Source of the DNA: Candidatus Woesearchaeota archaeon | GTDB lineage: Archaea; Nanobdellota; Nanobdellia; SCGC-AAA011-G17; PNOQ01 | Assembly (NCBI GenBank): GCA_964474895.1 | Contig: CAYYUK010000001.1 | Span: 92,684-156,683, forward strand | Direction of reading: 5' to 3' | DNA: 64,000 nt | Part shown: piece after piece, positions 26,913-37,330 of the stretch | How positions within the stretch are numbered: position 1 is the stretch's first letter | Layout of the letters: each line of letters begins with the position of its first letter | The notes under the pieces: model-generated | Told to the model about the DNA's origin: nothing | Seen by the model: the letters and a program-made list of their open reading frames with translations, nothing else | The model's database searches: none | Translations under genes and position numbers: made by a program

Positions 26913-29900
26913 AATGGTTTTTAGTTTAGAGAAATATAATGAAGGATTAAATGAGAATGTAGATAAAGCATATTCTCTTGCAAAACTTGCCAAAGCAAAG
27001 GCATATGATCCCTTGGATATTGTTGAGATTCCTCTTGCCAAGAATATGGCAGAGAGAGTAGAGAGGTTGACCGGTGTGGCTGCTCCTCAAATAGTTGGAA
27101 AGGGAATACCGGATAGGATAGGGGAATTAGAAAAAAAATATGGAAAATTGGATTGGAGGGTTGCATTATCAATCGCCCATGAAGTAACACAAGAGAAATT
27201 CTGTAAATTTGAAAATAAAAAAGAGGCAATTGAAATTGGAATTAGGGTTGGGTTTGCATATGTTACTGTCGGTGTCGTTGCAAGTCCTCTTGAAGGATTT
27301 ACAGGAATAGATATTAGAAAAAGAAGGGACGGAAAGGAATATATTGCATTGTTATATTCAGGTCCTGTAAGAAGCGCAGGGGGAACTGCAGCATCTGTTT
27401 CTGTTTTAATTGCAGATTATATTCGGAAAAAGATGGGATATAGTGTATACGATGCTGATGAAAACGAAGCGAAGCGAGCAATAACTGAGCTAACAGATTA
27501 TCATGAGAGAATTACAAATTTGCAGTACTTTCCTTATCCTGAAGAGATAGAGTATCTGATTTTAAATCTTCCAGTACAAATAGACGGAGATCCAACCGAA
27601 AAGTTAGAAGTTTCAAATTATAAAGGGTTGGACAGGATTGCTACAAATAAGCTAAGGGGTGGGTTTTGTTTAGTTATAGGGGAATGTTTGGCTCAAAAAG
27701 CGAAAAAAGTTTTAAAGCAATTAGACTCATGGGGTGGCGATTTTGATTTGGGAGACTGGAATTTTATGGGTAAATTTTGCAAACTACAAACTAGGCTGAA
27801 GGCAAAACAGAAAGAGGATATAGTTGCAGAAAAAAAAGAAAAGGTTTCTCCAGATTATACTTTTATAAAAGATATAGTTGCAGGTAGACCCGTTTTAACA
27901 CACCCCTTATGCAAGGGAGGGTTTAGATTAAGATACGGTAGAACAAGAACAACAGGATTAAGTGCAACAGCAATACACCCTTTGACTATGAAAATTTTAA
28001 TGGATTATATTGCTATTGGAACACAATTGAAAGTTGAACGACCTGGCAAGAGTACTGTTCTTAGTTCGTGTGATTATTTGGAAGGACCCATAGTTAAACT
28101 GGTAAATGGAGATGTCGTTTTTTTAACTGAAGAAAATTATGATTTGGTGATTTCTAAAATATCTGAAATACTTTTTTTAGGGGACATTTTGATTCCATAT
28201 GGGGATTTTTTGAATAGGGCACATACACTAGTCCCCCCTGGATATTGTGAGGAATGGTGGTTAAAACATTTGCAAGCAAAAGGAAAATTTCCAGAGGATA
28301 TTTCAGAGATTACGGGTTTAGACATATTTCAAATTAAGAAACTTTTTGCAGATCCAATAAAAACAGTAATTTCTGCAGGGGATGCATACATTCTTTCTAA
28401 GATGGCAAAAGTACCTTTACACCCAAGATATACATACCATTGGAAAGATATTGATGTCAAAGAACTTCTTGTTTTATTAGGGTGGCTTGTTAAATCTACC
28501 ATAAAAAAGGGGGATCAATTTAAAATTATTTTTCCAATTGATTACGGGTCTGATGTTGTCGAACCAAAAATTATATTGGAAAAACTTGGAATCCCTCATA
28601 GAGTTGTTTCAAAAGAGTACATTGTTGTAGAAAATGAGTGGGCGATAGGACTTATGGCAAATCTTGGAATATATAGCAAAGATATCGACATTAAAGAATT
28701 AATAAAGAAAATAAATTCCAGTAAAGATGCTTTAGCTAACATAAACCTTTTTTCAGAAGTGGAAATAAAAGATAAATCTGGTTTGTCAATTGGTGCAAGA
28801 ATGGGCAGGCCAGAAAAAGCAAAGATGAGAAAACTAAAAGGCAGTCCACACGTTCTCTTTCCAGTTGGTTCCGAAGGTGGCAGACTTAGAAGTTTTAATG
28901 CTGCAATGGATAATGGAAAGATAAGATCGGAGTTCCCGATTTTTTTGTGTGAATCTTGCAATAGCGAAACAGTATATCCTTTTTGTGAGAAATGTGGTGC
29001 TAAAACAAGTAGACAATATTATTGTCCCAAATGCAAAAGAACAATGGGTACCAAAGACTGCCCACAACACGAGAAAAATAATCATTATTCCTATAGGGAC
29101 ATAGACGTAAACCATTATTGTAAAATTGCCAAAGAAAAGTTAGGCTTAACTGGGTTTCCTGATTTGGTTAAGGGAGTGAGGGGGGTTTCCAACGAAGAGA
29201 GAGCTATGGAGAATCTAACTAAAGGAATCCTTAGATCAATACATGGAGTAACAGTTAACAAAGATGGAACTGTTCGTTATGACATGACTGAAATGCCACT
29301 AACACATTTCAAACCTGTAGAAATTGGCACATCGGTAGACAAATTAATAAAATTAGGATATACTGAAGATATACATGGAGAAACTCTTGTAGATATTAAT
29401 CAAATTATACAGTTAATGCCCCAAGATGTTATTTTGCCTTCCTGTGAAGAGTCTTCAGAAGAAGGAGGGGATGCAATATTATTCAGGGTTGCTGGTTTTG
29501 TTGATGATCTTCTTCAATATTTTTATGGTTTGGAAAGATTTTATAATTTTAAATCTAAGGAAGACTTGGTTGGTCATCTAATAATAAGTCTTGCTCCACA
29601 TACGTCAGCAGGCGTAGTTGGAAGAGTGATTGGTTTTTCTAAAACACAGGGTTGTTATGCTAGCCCAATATGGCATTCTGCTCAAAGAAGAGATTGTGAT
29701 GGGGATGAAAATGGCATAATGCTGCTAATGGATGGGCTGTTGAATTTTTCTAGAAAATATTTATCAAGTCATAGGGGTGCGACACAAGATGCCCCCCTTG
29801 TATTAACCACGAATCTTATTTTAACAGAAGTTGATGATATGGTATTTGATGTTGATTGTTCATCCGAATATCCTCTCGAATTTTATAATGCATGTGAAGA

Positions 29901-30438
29901 GTATAAGATGCCTTGGGGAGTAAAGATTGAATCCATTGGGGATCATTTGGAAGAAGATGATTTTAAAATAGGATATACTCATGAAGTTAGTAATCTGAAT
30001 TCCGGTGTTAGATATAGTGCATACAAGAAGATACCGACAATGGCAGAGAAAGTAATTGGTCAAATGAAATTGGCAGAGATGATAAGGGCTGTTGACGAAA
30101 ATGATGTTGCGCGTTTAGTTATTGAAAGACATTTCATTAGAGACATTAAAGGAAATCTTAGGAAATTTAGCATGCAGCAGTTTAGGTGTGTAAATTGTAA
30201 TGAAAAATATAGAAGGCCCCCCTTGATTGGAAAGTGTCGCAAGTGTGGTGGAAAATTATTGTTTACTATATCTGAAGGTTCGGTAACAAAATATTTAACA
30301 CCTTCTTTGAATTTGGCTGAGAAGTATAAAGTTCCCACTTATACTTATCAGACTCTTGATTTAACCAGGAGAAGGATAGAAAGTGTTTTTGGAAAAGAAG
30401 CGGATAGACAAGAAGGATTGGGTCGTTGGTTTGGTTAA
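26905..30438 (+). CDS. polD2: DNA polymerase II (PolD) large subunit DP2
   Basis: 1177 aa. Cys clusters (CESCNSE...CEKCG, CVNCN...CRKCGG). Catalytic region CDGDENGIMLLMDG. Overlaps DP1 by 8 nt. Confidence 0.9.
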   Translation: MIKMVFSLEKYNEGLNENVDKAYSLAKLAKAKAYDPLDIVEIPLAKNMAERVERLTGVAAPQIVGKGIPDRIGELEKKYGKLDWRVALSIAHEVTQEKFCKFENKKEAIEIGIRVGFAYVTVGVVASPLEGFTGIDIRKRRDGKEYIALLYSGPVRSAGGTAASVSVLIADYIRKKMGYSVYDADENEAKRAITELTDYHERITNLQYFPYPEEIEYLILNLPVQIDGDPTEKLEVSNYKGLDRIATNKLRGGFCLVIGECLAQKAKKVLKQLDSWGGDFDLGDWNFMGKFCKLQTRLKAKQKEDIVAEKKEKVSPDYTFIKDIVAGRPVLTHPLCKGGFRLRYGRTRTTGLSATAIHPLTMKILMDYIAIGTQLKVERPGKSTVLSSCDYLEGPIVKLVNGDVVFLTEENYDLVISKISEILFLGDILIPYGDFLNRAHTLVPPGYCEEWWLKHLQAKGKFPEDISEITGLDIFQIKKLFADPIKTVISAGDAYILSKMAKVPLHPRYTYHWKDIDVKELLVLLGWLVKSTIKKGDQFKIIFPIDYGSDVVEPKIILEKLGIPHRVVSKEYIVVENEWAIGLMANLGIYSKDIDIKELIKKINSSKDALANINLFSEVEIKDKSGLSIGARMGRPEKAKMRKLKGSPHVLFPVGSEGGRLRSFNAAMDNGKIRSEFPIFLCESCNSETVYPFCEKCGAKTSRQYYCPKCKRTMGTKDCPQHEKNNHYSYRDIDVNHYCKIAKEKLGLTGFPDLVKGVRGVSNEERAMENLTKGILRSIHGVTVNKDGTVRYDMTEMPLTHFKPVEIGTSVDKLIKLGYTEDIHGETLVDINQIIQLMPQDVILPSCEESSEEGGDAILFRVAGFVDDLLQYFYGLERFYNFKSKEDLVGHLIISLAPHTSAGVVGRVIGFSKTQGCYASPIWHSAQRRDCDGDENGIMLLMDGLLNFSRKYLSSHRGATQDAPLVLTTNLILTEVDDMVFDVDCSSEYPLEFYNACEEYKMPWGVKIESIGDHLEEDDFKIGYTHEVSNLNSGVRYSAYKKIPTMAEKVIGQMKLAEMIRAVDENDVARLVIERHFIRDIKGNLRKFSMQQFRCVNCNEKYRRPPLIGKCRKCGGKLLFTISEGSVTKYLTPSLNLAEKYKVPTYTYQTLDLTRRRIESVFGKEADRQEGLGRWFG

Positions 30439-31637
30439 ATAAAATATAAAATTGTTGGTAAAAGTAAGCAACCCATTAAATGATTTCTACCTATTCCAAG
30501 TTTTGCAGGTATTATTCCTGTTACTGTTGAGACTAGTAATATTAGTAAGCCTATAAAATTACTTGATAGAAAAAATACCATTGTTATTATTAAAATTATT
30601 ATTGAAAGTATTAGTTTTTGGTAATTGACTTTAGAAAACAAATTTGAAAATACTTTTGTTATTTTTATTGTTAGGAACGTTGCTATCCCTCCTGCTATTA
30701 ATGTTACTCCCAAGAATATAATCAGATTTTCTAAAGTCAGAATTCCTATTATCTTTGAAATTGTTACAACTGCTCCATTTCTTGCTTTGTCTAGTAAAAA
30801 TAATGCTAAGAAGCTCAAAACCATATTGATAGTGTTTAAACCACCAACCAAGATGAGAAAACCTTCGTTTGTTATTTTTTTGTATAGTTCAGATCCTAAT
30901 ATTGCAGCTTGTGCAGGACCAAGTCCGGGGAGGAAAGAACATAATCCTCCTGCTGCTAAAGAAGAACCCATTGTTTTAGATAGTTCGGATTTTTTTATTT
31001 TTGGAAATGTTATTTTTTGGGGTGGTATTGTTGCTTTTTCTGATAAACTTATGAATAACATACTTGTTCCGAATAATCCCGAAAGTAAAGGGAACAAAGG
31101 ATTTTGTAGATTTGGTAAATTAAGAACTCCAATACCCAAAACACCAGACATTAGAAAGATAATTAGTGCCCATATTCTTGATTTCTTTTCCCGCAGTATT
31201 AAGAAGCCGGATGCAGCAATTAATACATACCCAATAACAGTTTGTAGATAAGGATAAACTGTTTCAATTATTATTTTAAATAATGGAGACAATGCTACTG
31301 CAAGAATCAGCGAGAATAAACTACCTATTAAAGTTAGCATTACTGCTTCATAACCTCTCCCTTCAAGTAGCATTTTGTGTCCTGGCAAGACGGAGAGTGC
31401 TGTTTCTGCTTCAGGTGCTCCAAGGAAAATAGATGGAATTGAATCAAGAAAGGTATGTGTTATTGCCATGGAGATTATGAAAACACAGATTATGACTGGA
31501 GAAACAATGTCAAGCAAAATTGCAGAGAAACTCAAGATAAGAATTGAAACAAGATTTATGTGCACCCCAGGAATTAGACCAGTTATTATCCCAAATGCAC
31601 ACCCCAAAATTATAGTGATTATTATTTGTTCAATCAT
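30435..31637 (-). CDS. Polytopic membrane permease, TctA/DUF112-like
   Basis: Repeated G-x-(I/L)-PG-(V/L)-G motifs (GLIPGVH, FLPGLGPAQAA). About ten TM helices. Confidence 0.4.
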   Translation of the reverse strand: MIEQIIITIILGCAFGIITGLIPGVHINLVSILILSFSAILLDIVSPVIICVFIISMAITHTFLDSIPSIFLGAPEAETALSVLPGHKMLLEGRGYEAVMLTLIGSLFSLILAVALSPLFKIIIETVYPYLQTVIGYVLIAASGFLILREKKSRIWALIIFLMSGVLGIGVLNLPNLQNPLFPLLSGLFGTSMLFISLSEKATIPPQKITFPKIKKSELSKTMGSSLAAGGLCSFLPGLGPAQAAILGSELYKKITNEGFLILVGGLNTINMVLSFLALFLLDKARNGAVVTISKIIGILTLENLIIFLGVTLIAGGIATFLTIKITKVFSNLFSKVNYQKLILSIIILIITMVFFLSSNFIGLLILLVSTVTGIIPAKLGIGRNHLMGCLLLPTILYFI

Positions 31638-31983
31638 TTGTTTTGATTATCTGTTCTGCCTGTAGCTCAAATTCTCCATTGTATTCGACAATTTTTCCTT
31701 TTATTTTCACTCTTTCGTTGTTGTTAAGAATAATCTGTTCATTTTTGAATGCTATTACAACAATGGTTGATTCTCCATCAAATAATTTTAATAGATAAAG
31801 CCCTTCTGTTTCCTTTAGTATTGATAGTTCACCAGATATTGTTACTAGCTTGTCTATATCTTTATTTGTTATGTCTTTTATTTTGTAAGCTGGCGGTTCT
31901 ATACTTTCTGAAATGAAAAGAATTAGTAAGATTCCAATTAGCGAAGACAGTAGTGAAATCTTTAACAAGGTATTTTCATTCAT
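31630..31983 (-). CDS. Signal-anchored OB-fold protein
   Basis: N-terminal TM helix, then a beta-rich segment (ISGELSILKETEGLYLLKLFDGESTIVVIAFKNEQ...VKIKGKIVEYNGEFELQAEQI) typical of BOF/tRNA_anti-like OB folds. Confidence 0.4.
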   Translation of the reverse strand: MNENTLLKISLLSSLIGILLILFISESIEPPAYKIKDITNKDIDKLVTISGELSILKETEGLYLLKLFDGESTIVVIAFKNEQIILNNNERVKIKGKIVEYNGEFELQAEQIIKTND

Positions 31984-32036
31984 TAGTTCAGTTTTTAGAG
32001 AGCAATGTTTATAAATACACGCAGTTTAATCTTTTT

Positions 32037-33155
32037 ATGGGTATACTTACCAAGAAAAGAGGTGGTGATAGTTCCTACACTCTTGGTGAAGAGAATAGGA
32101 AACTTAGGGAAACTGTTTCTAATCTTAGAGGAGAACTTGGGGTGTATAAAGAACCCCCTCTAATAGTCTGTGATGTTGTAAAAGTTTTTAATGAAAAAGC
32201 AATTGTTAAGTTGCAAAATGGAAATAAATTTCTTGTCGGTGTTTCACCTTCATTACGTGGAAAAATTGCTGCAGACCAAAGAGTTTTAGCCGAACAAAAA
32301 TCACTGGTTGTTGTTGACATACTTGGAAAAATGAAACAGTATGATGTTGAAAACTATGTTATCATAGAAAAACCAGGAATTTCTTGGAAGGAAATAGGTG
32401 GACTAAAAGATCCAATAAGAGAATTACATGAGGTAGTTGAGTTGCCTTTGAAAAATCCTGCGTTATTTAAGAAAGTGGGAATACAACCACCAAAGGGTAT
32501 TTTATTGTATGGTCCAAGCGGAACGGGTAAAACTATTTTAGCAAAAGCTGTTGCAAAAAGTACAAACTCCACGTTTATAGAAATAGTTGGTAGCGAGTTA
32601 GTGCAGAAATTTATTGGTGAAGGGGCTAAACTGGTAAAAGATATTTTTAGTTTGGCTCGTGAAAAAGCACCATCGATTATCTTTATAGATGAATTAGATG
32701 CAATTGCGTCCGAAAGAGCAGACTATGGTACTAGTGGTGAGAGGGAAGTACAAAGGACGTTTATGCAACTTTTGAGTGAGATCGATGGATTTGATCCTTT
32801 GGATAATGTTAAGATAATTTGTGCAACAAATAGAATTGATGTTCTGGATCCTGCAGTTTTGAGACCAGGTAGATTAGATAGACTAATAGAGATTCCAATG
32901 CCAGATGTTGGAAGTAGAAGAGAAATTTTTAATATACATTCTAAAGATATGACTTTGGATGGTGTTGCAATTGATGGGATAATTCCACTTACAGAAGGAT
33001 TTTCTGGAGCAGAAATAAAATCAGTTTGTACTGAAGCAGGATATTTTGCAATAAGACAGGATAGAACAAAAGTAAATATGGATGATTTTTTATGTGCAAT
33101 AGATAAAGTTAGACAGAATGAGTTTGGAGAAAGTACTGGGGGGATGTTTGGGTAA
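32037..33155 (+). CDS. pan: Proteasome-activating nucleotidase (PAN)-like AAA ATPase
   Basis: N-terminal coiled coil. OB domain. GPSGTGKT Walker A. DELD Walker B. The track ORF starts at 31953 and overlaps the upstream gene, so ATG 32037 is preferred. C-terminus ...GGMFG with no canonical HbYX. Confidence 0.85.
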   Translation: MGILTKKRGGDSSYTLGEENRKLRETVSNLRGELGVYKEPPLIVCDVVKVFNEKAIVKLQNGNKFLVGVSPSLRGKIAADQRVLAEQKSLVVVDILGKMKQYDVENYVIIEKPGISWKEIGGLKDPIRELHEVVELPLKNPALFKKVGIQPPKGILLYGPSGTGKTILAKAVAKSTNSTFIEIVGSELVQKFIGEGAKLVKDIFSLAREKAPSIIFIDELDAIASERADYGTSGEREVQRTFMQLLSEIDGFDPLDNVKIICATNRIDVLDPAVLRPGRLDRLIEIPMPDVGSRREIFNIHSKDMTLDGVAIDGIIPLTEGFSGAEIKSVCTEAGYFAIRQDRTKVNMDDFLCAIDKVRQNEFGESTGGMFG

Positions 33156-33255
33156 AAATGAATGATATGTTGATACTAATACTATCGATGATTAGTTTGC
33201 TTGTTTTATACTGGATATTTTTTGGAGAAAGAAAATTTAAAGAGAAACTTGAAAA

Positions 33256-33792
33256 ATGAGATTATTTGTAGGGGTAGTTTTACCAACAGAAATTAAAGAT
33301 GAACTTTTCAAAATTCAAAAGAATTTTCCAAAGAATGTGGCAAAAATTAATTGGATAGCCAAGAAAAGATTGCATTTAACTTTAAAGTTTTTGGGAGAAG
33401 TTGATGAAGATAAACTTTCTGGAATAGTTTCTGCATTGAATAAGGTGTCTTTTGATTCATTCGAAGTTAGTGTTGGGGGTGTTGGAACATCCTTGCATAA
33501 TGGGGTGTCTTCTGTTATTTGGGCAGACATATTGTCTAAAGAGAATGTTATTAATTTACAACAGAGGGTTGATGCCGAACTTTTATCTATTTTTAAGTTT
33601 AGTCAAAAATTTAATCCACATTTAACATTGGGAAGGGTAAAGATTTTAAAAAACAAGGATAAGTTCTCTAAAATAATTAAGGAGATAAAAGTTCAGAAGA
33701 AGAGTTTTTCGATTGACGAATTTTGTTTGATGAAGAGTAAACTTACTAAAGATGGTTCTAAATACGAAATCATATCTAAGTTTAATACGTAA
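33256..33792 (+). CDS. thpR: RNA 2',3'-cyclic phosphodiesterase (ThpR/LigT, 2H family)
   Basis: Two H-x-T-x motifs (HLTLKF and HLTLGR). 178 aa. Confidence 0.75.
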   Translation: MRLFVGVVLPTEIKDELFKIQKNFPKNVAKINWIAKKRLHLTLKFLGEVDEDKLSGIVSALNKVSFDSFEVSVGGVGTSLHNGVSSVIWADILSKENVINLQQRVDAELLSIFKFSQKFNPHLTLGRVKILKNKDKFSKIIKEIKVQKKSFSIDEFCLMKSKLTKDGSKYEIISKFNT

Positions 33793-33828
33793 AGTTTTAT
33801 ATATTTCTAGATTTGATGTTAGGTAAGT

Positions 33829-35091
33829 ATGGATTTGGAATATAAGAAATGGCTTCCTTTGATTGTTTTGTTAATCTTGATTCTTTCTCTTGTTGCATAT
33901 TTATTGTTTTTTAGATCTGGCATGGGTGAAGAAAGATTTGCTTCCAATCCTGTTCAAGGGTGTGTTGTTATGGCTGATAGGGGGCATTATGATGATAGCG
34001 TAGACATTGTTTTTTTATCTGAAAATTATAACGATATGTCAAAGTTTATTTCAGACACAATAAGTTTTAGGGAAAGTTTCTTGAATGTTGTACCGTACGG
34101 CGGGTATTCTGAAAGATTTAATTTTTTTAGATTGGAATCTTTTGAGAACTTGGGTTGTGAATATGATGGAGAATATGAAGGCGCAGTTGTATGTAATCCT
34201 TCAGATGTTAAGAAAGCCGCGTTAGGATGTCCTGCAGATTATTATATTGTTTTAGTAGATATTAATGGTGTTAAGAATTTTTTCGATCATTTAAGATCCA
34301 GTGCATGGAGGGGTATTGCTTCTTTAAATTCTGCTGATGACCCTCTTGTTTTTGCTCATGAATTTGCACATCTTTTTGCAGGATTACATGACGAGTATAC
34401 TTGGAATGGTGGAAAGATAATCGGCGCCTCTCCAAATTGTGATAGTGAATATAACTCTTGTCCAATGTTTGAAGGATTTGATGATGCAGGGTGTTATGTT
34501 GGGTGTGTGAATAACGAACATGCTAGGTCTGTGGATGTTGGAATAATGAGTGACTATTGGAAATCAAATAGTTATGGTTTGTTTAATGAATACATAATTG
34601 AAGAAGTTCTTCTTAAGAATAGTCTAAGCAATTTTGAAATAGGCACTGTTTCAATGTCCCCTAGTTTGGTCCCTCTCGGGGAACCAGAAGAAATTCTTTT
34701 GGTTGAATATTCCTGTAAAGGCGATAATTGCATAATCTCTTCTGTTTTTGAATCTGAAGGATATTCTTCAGATTACATCGATACTCTTTCTTTAAACCCT
34801 GCAATGTCTGTGGAATTAAGCAATGGAGATTCTTATTCTGTTGATTATCCAAATATTCTTTATATAGAAGGGCATAATTCTGATGGCACAATGATTGCAG
34901 ATCATAGGAAACTTAATGGGCTAACAGATTCTTTGATTGTGAAAAATCCTATGGAAAATGTTGAAATAAAGATAAAGAATGCAGCAGGAATGATATTGGA
35001 TACTTATGATTATATTTATGGGGCAGATAGTTCTCCATCTTATGTCGGAGGGTTTGGCAGCAAATTTGTGAAAGTGCGAGAAGTAATTTAA
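33829..35091 (+). CDS. Secreted or membrane-anchored HExxH zinc metalloprotease (M64-like)
   Basis: N-terminal TM/signal anchor. AHEFAHLFAGLHDEY zinc-binding motif. Many Cys residues. Confidence 0.5.
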   Translation: MDLEYKKWLPLIVLLILILSLVAYLLFFRSGMGEERFASNPVQGCVVMADRGHYDDSVDIVFLSENYNDMSKFISDTISFRESFLNVVPYGGYSERFNFFRLESFENLGCEYDGEYEGAVVCNPSDVKKAALGCPADYYIVLVDINGVKNFFDHLRSSAWRGIASLNSADDPLVFAHEFAHLFAGLHDEYTWNGGKIIGASPNCDSEYNSCPMFEGFDDAGCYVGCVNNEHARSVDVGIMSDYWKSNSYGLFNEYIIEEVLLKNSLSNFEIGTVSMSPSLVPLGEPEEILLVEYSCKGDNCIISSVFESEGYSSDYIDTLSLNPAMSVELSNGDSYSVDYPNILYIEGHNSDGTMIADHRKLNGLTDSLIVKNPMENVEIKIKNAAGMILDTYDYIYGADSSPSYVGGFGSKFVKVREVI

Positions 35092-37277
35092 TCTTCATAT
35101 ATCTCATTTATTATTCTTTCTATCTCTTCAGCTCTTTTTCCCCCAATTCCTTCTATTTTTTCTAGTTCTTCTTTTTTTGAGTTTGCTATCTTTTTTATTG
35201 ATTTTATTTTGATTAGAAGTGTTTTTGCAGTTTTTGGTCCTATTCCTGGCAGAGATTCTATTATGAATTCTTGTTGTTCTTTTGTTGTGATTGGTTTCCT
35301 CTCTAATCTTAAACCAATTTCTTTACTATTTGGTTTTTGTTCTCTTAGTGAAATTACTTTTATTAATTCTGCAGTGTCTTGTTGATTTTTTGTATAGATT
35401 ATTGGAATTCCAAAAGAGATTGCTATTGTAGATAGCATCCCTCTTATTGCATTTGGATGGATTTTTCTCATTGAATAAATATCTTCAGTTCCCTCCACAA
35501 TTACGATTGGTTTTTCGAAATTTTCTCTTAAACTTTTTATCTGTGAAAATATTCTTTTATCTATTAGTGAATCAACAAAATCCTTCACAGTTTTTCTTTC
35601 AATCCCGACCCTTTCTGAAACCATAAAGTCTGAAGTTGCTAATGCCTTTATTTTGATATTTATTCCTAAATCGTGAAGTTTTTTTGTTATCCCTGAGTTC
35701 GCTTCTCTTGAATCAACGTAGACAATAGATCCAGTTTCTTCTATAAAAGTTTTTAATGTTGGTTGTTTTTCAAGAGTTAATTTTTTATTAATCTCTTGCA
35801 AAGCAGAATACATTCTTTTTTCTTTGTGGTGTGAAACCCAAAAATTTATTTCATCTCTAGTGTTTTTTGTTATTAGTAAAATTATTTTTCCCTTATCATG
35901 TCTTGCAGTTCTGCCCCTCCTTTGGATAGATCTAATTGCAGAAGGTACTGGTTCATAAAAAATTACCAAATCTACTTTTGGTAGGTCCAAACCTTCTTCC
36001 CCAATTGAGGTTGAGATTAGACAATTATATATGCTATTTTCGAAATCTTTTATAATTGAAATTTGTTCTTTTTGATTTAGTTTTATTCCATCTTTTTTTG
36101 CTTGACCTACGAAGAGTTTTGCATTAATGTTTTCAATTTTATTTAGTTCGCCTTCCAATTCTTTTACCGAATCTCTGTAACTGTTGAATATGATTATTTT
36201 TACTGCAGGATCTTTTTTTATACTTTCCTTGACTATTTCTAGAAGTCTTTTTTGTTTTGGGTGTTTTACTTTTTTAAGAGCTAATTCTTTTGTTAAAATA
36301 TATGCTGATTTGAAATTTAAATCATTTGTCAGATTTATTACTGCTTTTGTTTTTGTCTTTGGATCTTCGAAGATAGTTTTTAGATATTTATGTAAAGAAT
36401 TTATTCCCTGAGTTTCTAGCATATCAATTGCATGATTTATTTTTATTGTTTCGGCAACAAGAGAAATCGATCTAAATGTATTATAATCTTTGCTTCCTCT
36501 CGCAATTTCTCCTTGGAGAGAAGCTTGCGCGCCAAGAAGTTCTTTTTTTATTGGTTGTCTTGATAGTTTTATTATTCCCTGTTTTCTTATTTCTGCTATC
36601 TTTTCGGTTAGTGAAGCAACCATCAGTTTTTTTATTTTTTTGAATTCTTCTGGAAGGTCAACCATCTCCTTTTCTATTATTAGTTCTTGGATGTATTCTT
36701 TTACATCAGGATCTTCTTCGGTCCTTGCTTCTATTTTTTTTGAATGTATATTTTTACATACTTCAAGTATTTTTTCTTTGTCTGATCCAGGAGAAGCTGT
36801 TAAACCAATCAATCTTTCAAATTTTGATTTTTTATGATATTCTTTTGCTATCCAGGTGTAAGAATAATCTTGCACTGCTCGATGTGCTTCATCTATTATT
36901 AATGTAGACACTTCTTTGAAGTCTATTGATTTATTTAGTAAATCATTTTCTATACACTGTGGTGTACTTACTATGATGCTTGAATTCTTCCACAATTCTT
37001 TTCTTTTGCTTGGCGGCACAGCCCCTGTAAAAAGAGTTACGTATTTTTCATCTGTGCTTTCTTTTATTTCATTATATATTTGGTTTGCAAGTGGTTTTGT
37101 TGGGGTTAAAAATAATGCTTTAGAATTTTTGTAATTTTCGAATCTTTTTATAATGGCCAATATTGCTATTTTGGTTTTTCCCATCCCTGTTGGTAATACT
37201 ACAAGTGTGTTATCTTTTAAACAAGAATAGAGTATTGTCTCTTGATATAATCGTGGCTTGAATTTAATTGTTGGCAT
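35088..37277 (-). CDS. hef: Hef (helicase-associated endonuclease for fork-structured DNA): SF2 helicase plus ERCC4 nuclease plus HhH2
   Basis: DEAH helicase motifs (VLPTGMGKT, IIDEAH). ERCC4 motif ERVGIERKTVKDF. C-terminal (HhH)2. Confidence 0.88.
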   Translation of the reverse strand: MPTIKFKPRLYQETILYSCLKDNTLVVLPTGMGKTKIAILAIIKRFENYKNSKALFLTPTKPLANQIYNEIKESTDEKYVTLFTGAVPPSKRKELWKNSSIIVSTPQCIENDLLNKSIDFKEVSTLIIDEAHRAVQDYSYTWIAKEYHKKSKFERLIGLTASPGSDKEKILEVCKNIHSKKIEARTEEDPDVKEYIQELIIEKEMVDLPEEFKKIKKLMVASLTEKIAEIRKQGIIKLSRQPIKKELLGAQASLQGEIARGSKDYNTFRSISLVAETIKINHAIDMLETQGINSLHKYLKTIFEDPKTKTKAVINLTNDLNFKSAYILTKELALKKVKHPKQKRLLEIVKESIKKDPAVKIIIFNSYRDSVKELEGELNKIENINAKLFVGQAKKDGIKLNQKEQISIIKDFENSIYNCLISTSIGEEGLDLPKVDLVIFYEPVPSAIRSIQRRGRTARHDKGKIILLITKNTRDEINFWVSHHKEKRMYSALQEINKKLTLEKQPTLKTFIEETGSIVYVDSREANSGITKKLHDLGINIKIKALATSDFMVSERVGIERKTVKDFVDSLIDKRIFSQIKSLRENFEKPIVIVEGTEDIYSMRKIHPNAIRGMLSTIAISFGIPIIYTKNQQDTAELIKVISLREQKPNSKEIGLRLERKPITTKEQQEFIIESLPGIGPKTAKTLLIKIKSIKKIANSKKEELEKIEGIGGKRAEEIERIINEIYED

Positions 37278-37330
37278 ACTTTTGTTGTTTTGTCTTGATT
37301 TATAAAGAATTTTATGGTGTATGTCAACAA

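Noticed and set aside
31953-32036. Upstream in-frame Met extending PAN by 28 aa, and similar extended starts at 4097 and 38476
   Set aside because: The extensions overlap upstream genes and lack the conserved N-terminal features. Downstream ATGs with better spacing were preferred. This remains uncertain.
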